Shown piece by piece: positions 56,791 to 64,000 of a stretch of 64,000 bases of DNA. Where the stretch lies: IMG/VR virus record IMGVR_UViG_3300020213_000027, positions 1-64,000 of that record. The stretch is one strand, 5' to 3'. The stretch comes from a virus. Made by a program: the position numbers and the translations under genes. The stretch's first letter is position 1, and the number at the start of each line of letters is the position of its first letter. The notes under the pieces are model-generated. The model saw only the letters and a list, made by a program, of their open reading frames with translations. It was not told the origin of the DNA and searched no databases.

Positions 56791-57580
56791 GAAACCTGCT
56801 GGACCAAAAGTACTTATATTCGACGTTGAGACAGCTCCAATTTTAGCTTATGTTTGGAAATTATGGGATAATGACGTTGCTTTAAATCAAATTCATTCTG
56901 ATTGGCATATCCTTTCCTGGAGTGCAAAATGGTTAGGTTCTTCAGAAGTTATGTACGCTGATCAAAGAAAAGCAAGAAATATCGAAGATGATAAAGTACT
57001 TCTAAAAGGAATTTGGAAACTCTTAAATGAAGCTGATGTAGTGATTACTCAAAACGGAAAAAAGTTCGATGTTAAAAAATTAAATGCAAGATTTATTCTT
57101 AATGGATTTCAACCACCTAGTTCCTTTAAGCATATTGACACTCTTGTGATTGCAAAGAAACATTTTGCATTTACTAGCAACAAATTAGCTTATATGACTG
57201 ACAAGTTAAATACTAAATATAAAAAATTAGATCATAAGAAATTTGCAGGGTTTGAACTTTGGAAAGAATGCTTAGCTGGAAATATAGATGCTTGGAAAGA
57301 AATGGAAACTTATAATAAGCATGATGTGCTATCTTTAGAAGAACTTTACTACAAACTTATTCCTTGGGACACAAGTATTAACTTTAATCTTTATACGCAT
57401 AGTTTACAAAATACTTGTACTTGTGGAGAAACAGAAGTTATTAGAAATGGATATTGTTACACTCCTACAGGAAGATATCAAAGATACAGATGTAAGAAAT
57501 GTGGAGCAGAAACTAAGGATAGAAAGAATCTTCTATCTAAAGAAAAACTTGAATTTTTACGAGTTGGTACAAAACGGTGA
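56762..57580 (+). CDS. RNase H-like (DnaQ/YprB-type) exonuclease with C-terminal Zn ribbon
   Basis: IFDVET, QNGKKFD, HIDTL, YNKHDV, CTCG...CKKCG. Confidence 0.8.
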   Translation: MVKKVIMMSKKPAGPKVLIFDVETAPILAYVWKLWDNDVALNQIHSDWHILSWSAKWLGSSEVMYADQRKARNIEDDKVLLKGIWKLLNEADVVITQNGKKFDVKKLNARFILNGFQPPSSFKHIDTLVIAKKHFAFTSNKLAYMTDKLNTKYKKLDHKKFAGFELWKECLAGNIDAWKEMETYNKHDVLSLEELYYKLIPWDTSINFNLYTHSLQNTCTCGETEVIRNGYCYTPTGRYQRYRCKKCGAETKDRKNLLSKEKLEFLRVGTKR

Positions 57581-57897
57581 AGGCAAAAGATTTTAATAAA
57601 ATTATTCCTTCTCATGTAAGGATTACTAAAGACATTACCTATGAAGTCGTCTGGCTTGATGATTTTATTGATAAAAAACAATTAGGTGAATGTCGATATA
57701 ATGAGAAGCAAATAGTTATCAAGAAAAATCAATCCAATTCAGAGAGTATGTCGACCTTCATTCATGAGGCTCTACACGCCGTTTCCTTTGAAACTAAAGG
57801 TTTGAATCTTACAGAAGGACAAGTGTATAAATTAGAAAGATCTTTATTTAGAATGCTAAAATTAAATAATATATTTGATTTGTTTGATAGAAAGTAG
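57577..57897 (+). CDS. small HExxH protein
   Basis: LGEC, TFIHEALHA. Confidence 0.65.
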   Translation: MKAKDFNKIIPSHVRITKDITYEVVWLDDFIDKKQLGECRYNEKQIVIKKNQSNSESMSTFIHEALHAVSFETKGLNLTEGQVYKLERSLFRMLKLNNIFDLFDRK

Positions 57898-58849
57898 TAA
57901 AATATTTAATATGAATTCAGAATGTCCTATTTGTAAAACTTTAATCATTAATAAACCTTCAATATGGAAAAAACTTAAAGGTTTATCAACGTGCTCAAGA
58001 AAATGTCGAGGAGAATACCTTAGAAGTTACTATAGAGGAAATAAAAATCCCAATAGTAAATATCAAACTAATATTGCTAAGTTTTTTGGTTATAAAACTC
58101 TTGAAATACGATCTTCAGCAAAAAAAAGAAAATTAGAATGTAATATAACAGACAATTTCTTAGAATTGCTGTTTAATAAGCAAAATGGTTTATGTTATTA
58201 TACTAGTGTCCCATTAAAATTGGTATCTAATAAAGAAACTTTTAAAGGACTTAATCAGCCAGATTTGGATGTACTTTCTGTAGATAGAATTAATAGTAGT
58301 TTAGGATATTTAGAAAATAATGTAGTATTAGCTTGTAATGCTGTTAATAAAATGAAAGGTAGTTCTTCAGAAATTGATTTTAAAAATTTTCTTAATTTTA
58401 CAAATTTACAAAAAAGTGGGTGTCTTTTACAAGTTAAAAAATTAACAAGTGATGCTCTATTACCCCAAAAAAATAAATTGGGGGATGTAGGTTATGATTT
58501 ATTTGTACATAAAGTTGAAGATTGTGGAACTTATATTAAAGTTTATTCGGGGATATCAATTCAGCCTACCATAGGATTTTATTTGCAGATGTACCCTAGA
58601 TCTTCAATTTACAAAAGAAATTTATTTTTGGCTAATAGTGTTGGGATATGTGATAATTTATATACTGGAGAATATATGGGTATTTTTTATAAAACAAAAG
58701 ATTATGATCCAGAAAAAGATATTTTTATTAAAGGTGAAAGATTTGCCCAAGTTGTAGTAGCTAAATATGAATTAGTAGAAATTGAAGAAGTCAATAGTCT
58801 TTGGGAAGGTGGAAGAGGCTCTTTAGGTTTCGGTTCTTCGGGAGCTTAA
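57875..58849 (+). CDS. dut: dUTPase fused to an N-terminal Zn-finger/HNH-like endonuclease domain
   Basis: CPIC/CSRKC; LCYYT...SVDRINSSLGYLENNVVLAC..VN.MK; then GYDL, PRSS, NSVGICD, GERFAQ, RGSLGFGSSG; start likely 57911. Confidence 0.85.
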   Translation: MICLIESSKIFNMNSECPICKTLIINKPSIWKKLKGLSTCSRKCRGEYLRSYYRGNKNPNSKYQTNIAKFFGYKTLEIRSSAKKRKLECNITDNFLELLFNKQNGLCYYTSVPLKLVSNKETFKGLNQPDLDVLSVDRINSSLGYLENNVVLACNAVNKMKGSSSEIDFKNFLNFTNLQKSGCLLQVKKLTSDALLPQKNKLGDVGYDLFVHKVEDCGTYIKVYSGISIQPTIGFYLQMYPRSSIYKRNLFLANSVGICDNLYTGEYMGIFYKTKDYDPEKDIFIKGERFAQVVVAKYELVEIEEVNSLWEGGRGSLGFGSSGA

Positions 58850-58850
58850 T

Positions 58851-59129
58851 GTGGCTAAATCTAAAGGTAAAAGTGAAGTTGAAGAACTAAAAGGATTAGT
58901 TAGGTCTTTGCAAAAAGAGGTCAAACGCACTAAAAAGAGACAACATCTTTATGAAGATCTAGAAATTAAACAAGCTGAAGAAATGATTAAAGAAGAGATC
59001 GAAGAAAAACAAACACTTAAAGATGAGCGATGCCCAAAATGTCAGGGAAATCTTGAAATAATTGATGGAGCTCGGATTAAAGTATTTTTCTGCTCAGATT
59101 GTGATTATCGAAAAAGTAAACGTGTATAA
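58851..59129 (+). CDS. coiled-coil + Zn-ribbon protein
   Basis: CPKC...CSDC. Confidence 0.55.
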   Translation: MAKSKGKSEVEELKGLVRSLQKEVKRTKKRQHLYEDLEIKQAEEMIKEEIEEKQTLKDERCPKCQGNLEIIDGARIKVFFCSDCDYRKSKRV

Positions 59130-59516
59130 ATGGCTAAAAAATTTAATAGAGATGCATGGCTTATGCACCAACTTCGTAGGCTATCCTTAAAATACCCGCC
59201 ACGTATTAGAGCCCTTAATAAGACAAAGACTACTTATTATATCACCTCTAAAAAAGGTACACAAGTTAAACGTGTTTCCTTTACTTGTGAATCTTGTGGA
59301 AAGTCTGGACTAAAGAGTACAGAAAAACAGATGGATCATCACCATCCCGTTTCTGATGAAAGAGGGTTTGTTGATTGGAATTTGTTTCTCATAAATCTTT
59401 TCTGTGAAGAAGATAACTGGTGTACCCTTTGCATACCTTGCCATGAAAAGAAAACTTTAGAAGAAAATACTGAAAGATTTCTTTTCAATAAAAAAACAGT
59501 TGACAAAACTAAATAG
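59130..59516 (+). CDS. HNH endonuclease
   Basis: CESC...MDHHHP...N..TLCIPCHEKKT. Confidence 0.8.
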   Translation: MAKKFNRDAWLMHQLRRLSLKYPPRIRALNKTKTTYYITSKKGTQVKRVSFTCESCGKSGLKSTEKQMDHHHPVSDERGFVDWNLFLINLFCEEDNWCTLCIPCHEKKTLEENTERFLFNKKTVDKTK

Positions 59517-59528
59517 ATCTTATATACT
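59500..59528 (+). promoter_or_regulatory. sigma70-like promoter
   Basis: TTGACA-17 nt-TATACT. Confidence 0.55.
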
Positions 59529-59534
59529 ATTTAC

Positions 59535-59819
59535 ATGATCGAAAAGCTTAAATTACTTTTTCAAAAATTAAATGAAAAAGGCATACCAATCCCATTATTG
59601 ACAGATCCACGAACTAAAATAGGAAGTGTTTCTCTAACTATGTTAGTGATATCATTCAATATTGTTTTAATAGGATTAGTTGGTAAATGGTCAAAATATT
59701 TAGATATTGATTTACAGCAAGCTATTTATTGGTTTATGGTTTGTTCTGGTCTTTACTTTGGAAGAGCTGTTTCTAAGAATGGCAATAATACTCAATTAGA
59801 TAATAAGGAAATTAAATGA
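59535..59819 (+). CDS. 2-TM membrane protein (holin-like size)
   Basis: two hydrophobic helices. Confidence 0.5.
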   Translation: MIEKLKLLFQKLNEKGIPIPLLTDPRTKIGSVSLTMLVISFNIVLIGLVGKWSKYLDIDLQQAIYWFMVCSGLYFGRAVSKNGNNTQLDNKEIK

Positions 59820-60574
59820 ATTTTAAGATATTAAGTTTTGTTGGTGTAAGTGTGTTGGCAATGGTAACTAGTGTGGGTTGGATGTTTAATAATGTAGCAA
59901 CTAGTAAAGAAGTGCTTATTCCTTCTACAAACCTTGAAAACAAAGTTATAAAACTCCAACCAGTTCCTTCTAACAACAGTTCTGTGTTACGTCTAAATCT
60001 TCTTTCAGAACAAGTTGTCCAACTTAAAGGACCTATTTTTGAAAATGCAGAATTTGTAGTTGAAGAGCTAAAACAAAAAGCCAAGACCCAAAAGGAACTA
60101 TTTCTTTTGATTGATAGTCCTGGAGGTAGTGTGATGGCTGGAGCAATGATCCTATCAGCAATGGAGGCATCACCTGCATTAGTCCATACTGTTTGTATGG
60201 GACTTTGTGCAAGTATGGCTTTTGTTATTCATCAATATGGACACTCAAGACTAGCTCTTAATAGAGCTATTCTTATGGCACATCCAGCTGCTGGAGGAGT
60301 AGAAGGAACACTTGGGCAAATGAGTGCTAGACTATCTACTATTACTAGATATGTAGATAAAATGGATGCACATATTGCTAAACGAGCTAAGATTAGTTTT
60401 GAAGACTTTAAAGCTCTTACTGTATCTGAATTTTGGATTGATTCAGAAGATGCCCTTGAAAAACATTTTCTTGATAAAATTGTAGATATTAATGTTGATG
60501 CCTCTGGTACGGTATTTATTATGAAACAACAATCAGATGACAATCTTTATAAACATATGGATTTGGTTTGGTAA
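59816..60574 (+). CDS. ClpP-family protease with N-terminal signal/anchor
   Basis: IDSPGGSV, CASMA, MAHP. Confidence 0.85.
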   Translation: MNFKILSFVGVSVLAMVTSVGWMFNNVATSKEVLIPSTNLENKVIKLQPVPSNNSSVLRLNLLSEQVVQLKGPIFENAEFVVEELKQKAKTQKELFLLIDSPGGSVMAGAMILSAMEASPALVHTVCMGLCASMAFVIHQYGHSRLALNRAILMAHPAAGGVEGTLGQMSARLSTITRYVDKMDAHIAKRAKISFEDFKALTVSEFWIDSEDALEKHFLDKIVDINVDASGTVFIMKQQSDDNLYKHMDLVW

Positions 60575-61228
60575 ATGATAAAGAGAATTTTGTTCTACAC
60601 ACTCCTAATAACCATTGGCTTTATTTCTTTTGCTCCTCATAAAAAGCAGGTGGTATCTCCAGATCTAAATATTGCATTTGGGCTAAAGTTTAATAATAGG
60701 GGTTTTTATCCCATAGTTAGATTAGTAGATCCTATATTAAAATATAGTTGTACAGCTTTTATTATCGATACAAATTATGCAATAACAGCTGCTCATTGTT
60801 TAAATTCTCAAGGATCATTACCTACCCATGATTTACAAGTATTTTTGAATCAAACTAATCAATATGTTCCAGTAAGAGCTATGGGATATGATGAAGATTT
60901 AGATACTGGTCTTGTTATGGGAGACTTTCATTTATTTAGATCGCTAAATACAGACTTTAAAAATGAGATGGATGATTCTTCTGATTTTTTAGCTTGTGGC
61001 TATCCAAGAAATCAAAAAAGAATGATTTGTAATAAATTTACACCAGAAACTAGATCTTTTGATATAGTTAAAGGTAGAGGACAATTTTATCATGGTATGT
61101 CTGGTGGTCCAGTTATTAACACTTACACAAATAAGGTAATAGGAATAGTCGATGCAATGGATGGAGAAGGCTATGCTTATGTAGTTCCTCTTCAAGCATT
61201 CTTTGGTATATTTCCTCAAATTGAATGA
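60575..61228 (+). CDS. trypsin-like serine protease with N-terminal anchor
   Basis: ITAAHC, DTGL, GMSGGP. Confidence 0.85.
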   Translation: MIKRILFYTLLITIGFISFAPHKKQVVSPDLNIAFGLKFNNRGFYPIVRLVDPILKYSCTAFIIDTNYAITAAHCLNSQGSLPTHDLQVFLNQTNQYVPVRAMGYDEDLDTGLVMGDFHLFRSLNTDFKNEMDDSSDFLACGYPRNQKRMICNKFTPETRSFDIVKGRGQFYHGMSGGPVINTYTNKVIGIVDAMDGEGYAYVVPLQAFFGIFPQIE

Positions 61229-61650
61229 ATATTGAACAAAATACAATTGAAGTTAATAAGATTATAAAAAATTTAAATGATCATCTGATTAAAGATAGTT
61301 TTAATAAATCCGGTCATGCGGTGCGGTATAATTTTTGGATTAGTGATATTTTTTATACCATAGAGCCTAACGTGAGGTATCTATTAATAAATATACCTTA
61401 TACAGTCTTTCTTAGACAAACTTGGCAATCTACATTATTAGCTCAATTTGAAATGGGTATAAATAAACTAAAGAAAAAATTGAAATTAGAATCTAATAAA
61501 TATATAGGTAATATTTATATTACTCAGATTTTTATCTCACCAAATTATAATGGGATAGAATGTAGCATTATTGCTAGAGCTGAAGATATATCTAAATTAT
61601 TAGATAACGAAAAATTTAAAAACAAATTAGAGGATCTTATAAATGAATGA
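61225..61650 (+). CDS. hypothetical protein with FxxKL tag
   Basis: ends KFKNKLEDLINE. Confidence 0.55.
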   Translation: MNIEQNTIEVNKIIKNLNDHLIKDSFNKSGHAVRYNFWISDIFYTIEPNVRYLLINIPYTVFLRQTWQSTLLAQFEMGINKLKKKLKLESNKYIGNIYITQIFISPNYNGIECSIIARAEDISKLLDNEKFKNKLEDLINE

Positions 61651-62137
61651 AGTATTGAAAAAAGGACTAATTATTATTAGTTTGGTAGGAATTGGTGTTG
61701 CAGCTGGCAGGTTTGCAGCACCAACCAAAACTATTGAAAAAGAAGTTATTAAAGAAGTAGAGAAGATTGTAGAAAAAAGAATAATCGTAAAAGATACTTC
61801 TGAGAAAAAGAACAAAGTTACAGTAAGGTTAGTAACTATCCATCCTGATGGTACTAAAACTATTGAAACACGAATTACTGATAAAAGTGAGATTGAAGTC
61901 ACACAAAACGAGAATTCTACTAAAACAGATGATAAATCTCTTGACAAGTCAATTGAAAAAGTGGTAGAGTATAGTAAAGATGATTACTATCTTGGTTTAG
62001 GAATTAAGACTAATTTGACTACTGGTGGACTTGCCTATGGACTTCATGCCCAACGTAGAATTTTAGGACCTATTCACCTAGGCATCTTTGGATATAGTGA
62101 TCTATCTCTTGGAGCAAATGCTGGCATAAGTTTTTAA
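61643..62137 (+). CDS. envelope protein (N-terminal TM, charged stalk, beta-rich C-terminus ending in F); possible spanin-like
   Basis: topology pattern only. Confidence 0.45.
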   Translation: MNEVLKKGLIIISLVGIGVAAGRFAAPTKTIEKEVIKEVEKIVEKRIIVKDTSEKKNKVTVRLVTIHPDGTKTIETRITDKSEIEVTQNENSTKTDDKSLDKSIEKVVEYSKDDYYLGLGIKTNLTTGGLAYGLHAQRRILGPIHLGIFGYSDLSLGANAGISF

Positions 62138-62466
62138 TGAAAATATCTATATCTGACTTAATAAAAATAGCTAACGAAGACAAGGATGAATTATCCTATA
62201 ATAGAATCACTACAAGTAATGATGTATTTAGATTTGTATTAGCTATGGATATTAGAGAAGGTAAGCACAAAGTAAGAACTACATTTATTTATAAAGCTTA
62301 TAAATCTTGGAGTTTAAAACCTTACCCTAAGATTTCTTTTTTTACGTATTTTTCAAGTATATTTCGTAATAATAGAATATCTGATGATAAAAGATATTAT
62401 GAGCTAAATTATACTGCAGTAAAACTTTTAAATAAAATTGATAATTTAAAGATAAGGATAAAATGA
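62137..62466 (+). CDS. hypothetical protein
   Basis: ORF in operon. Confidence 0.5.
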   Translation: MKISISDLIKIANEDKDELSYNRITTSNDVFRFVLAMDIREGKHKVRTTFIYKAYKSWSLKPYPKISFFTYFSSIFRNNRISDDKRYYELNYTAVKLLNKIDNLKIRIK

Positions 62467-62654
62467 GCACACTAGCTGAAATATTTAGAGAAATCTATTA
62501 TGATCCAATTGATAAGCTTATTGGCTATAATTGGATTGATTTAGAAGGAAACGATTTTAAATTTGAGTCGGAAATGGAAAGAGATAATTATATAAAATTA
62601 TATTATCACAATAAGAAATTTAATAAAAAACTAGAGGATATTATAAATGAGTAA
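62463..62654 (+). CDS. hypothetical protein with FxxKL tag
   Basis: ends KFNKKLEDIINE. Confidence 0.55.
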   Translation: MSTLAEIFREIYYDPIDKLIGYNWIDLEGNDFKFESEMERDNYIKLYYHNKKFNKKLEDIINE

Positions 62655-63082
62655 AAAGAAATATATGGGATTTTCAAAGAGAAGTGATTTAAAGATTAGA
62701 CAAGAACTTTATGATCAAGATTATATTGATAAGCTAACAGATACTGAAAAGCTGTTGGCTTAGTAATTTTAATCTAGAATATATTAGCGGTAATTTCGAC
62801 CATCCTGGTAAACGCTTACATAAAAAGAAACTTAAAGTTAAAAAGATAGTTTCTACAGGAAAAAAGAAAACAATTGATATTGGTAAAAAAGATGTCAATG
62901 ATAGAAATAATGCTAGAAATAGAGATGCATTTTCAATTTCTAAAGCTAGAAGAACTTTAGATGGCGAGAAAGAAATTAATAAAGGTTCGAATAATCTTAA
63001 GCATAGCAAGCCAGACGATATGGAAAATTATTTAATAACTTTGATTGATTTAAAAGCTAACGGAAAAATTCAATTGTCTTAA
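62647..63082 (+). pseudogene. hypothetical gene with an apparent one-base insertion near 62750-62756
   Basis: DYIDKLTDTEKL-[shift]-WLSNFNLEY...DRNNARNRD; the second frame stays open to 63082. Confidence 0.55.
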
Positions 63083-63353
63083 TAACAGCTTCAACAAATC
63101 CAGCTAACATTGCTAAAAAACCCACTAGTTTTAAAGCTCCGTTAATCATTTTAACATGAGTTTCTATAGGTTTGATTTGTTCTCTAAGAAGAGCTATATT
63201 TTCCTCTGCTAATTCTGTTCGATAAATATGATGAAAAATATCAGAAGCTTGTTTGGTTAACGTAGTACTTTGTTGATCCATCTTTAAATCTAAAGAGTCA
63301 ACTTTTTGTTCAATTTTATCAATTGAGTTTTTTAACCAATCTGAATTGTCCAT
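63057..63353 (-). CDS. coiled-coil protein with C-terminal TM (holin/XhlA-like topology)
   Basis: heptad pattern plus hydrophobic C-terminus; last gene of the converging arm. Confidence 0.5.
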   Translation of the reverse strand: MDNSDWLKNSIDKIEQKVDSLDLKMDQQSTTLTKQASDIFHHIYRTELAEENIALLREQIKPIETHVKMINGALKLVGFLAMLAGFVEAVIKTIEFFR

Positions 63354-63356
63354 ATA

Positions 63357-64000
63357 TTATTCTTTTTTAGATGATATATCTTTCATTAATTCGCGGTATT
63401 TGCTATTTTGCATTAAACTAAAAATAATAGCGTTTCTGCCAATTTCATCTTTTTCAGATGCTTCTACTAACATTCGCCCTAGTTGAGTTTTAAGTGCGTC
63501 ATCACTTTGGACAAGACTTTCACCAACTGATTTAAGAGCTTCAGGAGCTGAAGTAAATGCTTTATTTACACTTCTAAGCACATCAGCAGTTTTCTTATAT
63601 CCTGTTGCTGCAATTGAATTTCCATAAGTCTTTGCTAACTTATTAATTCCAGCTGCCGCCATTCCTGTAGGAGTACCATGTAATGCAGCCGCGCCTATGC
63701 CAGCCATATAATCAGTAATACCAAAATCTCTATTGGTAACTTCAGAAGCGGTTTTACCAACTAGAGCATTTTTAGCATCTTTGGCAGTTCTATACATATC
63801 TTTAGCTTGAACATATTTATTTAATAAATCAGAACTGTTTGTGGCTTTTGTAACTGCATCTGCTGACTGTTCAATTTCATTATTAACAACACTACGAACT
63901 TGTCCCATTAGTTGGTCTTCTAATTTGCCAGTTTCTCCATAAGAACTTTGACTTATTAATTGTTTAAGACGAGCAGCTTTAGTAAAATCTATAGGCTCAT
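63357..64000 (-). CDS. 3' part of a probable internal virion/ejection-like protein
   Basis: Ala/Gly-rich helical ORF; frame appears to continue past 63908 to the window edge. Confidence 0.45.
   Translation of the reverse strand, partial: EPIDFTKAARLKQLISQSSYGETGKLEDQLMGQVRSVVNNEIEQSADAVTKATNSSDLLNKYVQAKDMYRTAKDAKNALVGKTASEVTNRDFGITDYMAGIGAAALHGTPTGMAAAGINKLAKTYGNSIAATGYKKTADVLRSVNKAFTSAPEALKSVGESLVQSDDALKTQLGRMLVEASEKDEIGRNAIIFSLMQNSKYRELMKDISSKKE

Noticed and set aside
1242-63009. Many ORF-track entries antisense or out of frame within long genes (e.g. 1242, 2109, 2567, 6779, 9266, 11287, 14383, 24569, 46007, 60232, 61627, 62734)
   Set aside because: They are shadows of well-supported genes and show no motifs or RBS.
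1-64000. CRISPR array / Cas system (43899..45002 is Cas4-like)
   Set aside because: No regularly spaced repeats were seen; the nuclease lies near ERF and fits phage recombination.
1-64000. Stop-codon reassignment
   Set aside because: Core genes are full length in the standard code, and TAA, TGA and TAG all terminate genes.

Overview
This is a 64-kb, AT-rich segment of a tailed dsDNA phage genome in the standard genetic code. The host is probably Gram-negative, inferred from a PagL-like porin and lipoproteins. Positions 1-20.9 kb (minus strand) are the morphogenesis arm: terminase large subunit split by an atypically split intein, portal, a cluster of paralogous beta-rich head/spike proteins, a DUF3494 ice-binding-like protein, scaffold, major capsid protein, a Mom-like/GIY-YIG fusion, an M15 peptidase and a tail fibre. 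Positions 21-63 kb (plus strand) are the early/middle arm: many small ORFs, Def, PagL-like, MoxR-type AAA plus VWA/metallopeptidase, two SLTs, HicA, class II RNR with a Gln-ending intein, PD-(D/E)XK nuclease, ERF, primase-helicase, PolA, PPase, SpeD, ThyX, IMPDH/GMPR, dUTPase, ClpP-like and trypsin-like proteases. Minus-strand late genes resume at 63 kb. Structure not explained by the ORF track: (i) about 12 unrelated small proteins share a C-terminal F-x-x-K-L-[ED]-x-[LI]-I tag, and a second dispersed family ends in L-x-[ST]-x-x-F-R; (ii) two covarying tRNA-shaped ncRNAs flank an inverted Zn-finger gene, and there is a separate pseudo-tRNA; (iii) an 8-copy AATTAACAAG motif precedes minus-strand transcription units, one copy preceding an ORF-free, highly structured ~220-nt candidate RNA; (iv) a 49-aa microprotein copies the N-terminus of the major capsid protein; (v) a DGR-type variable region has no RT in the window. 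All family calls come from motif recognition by eye; no searches were run.
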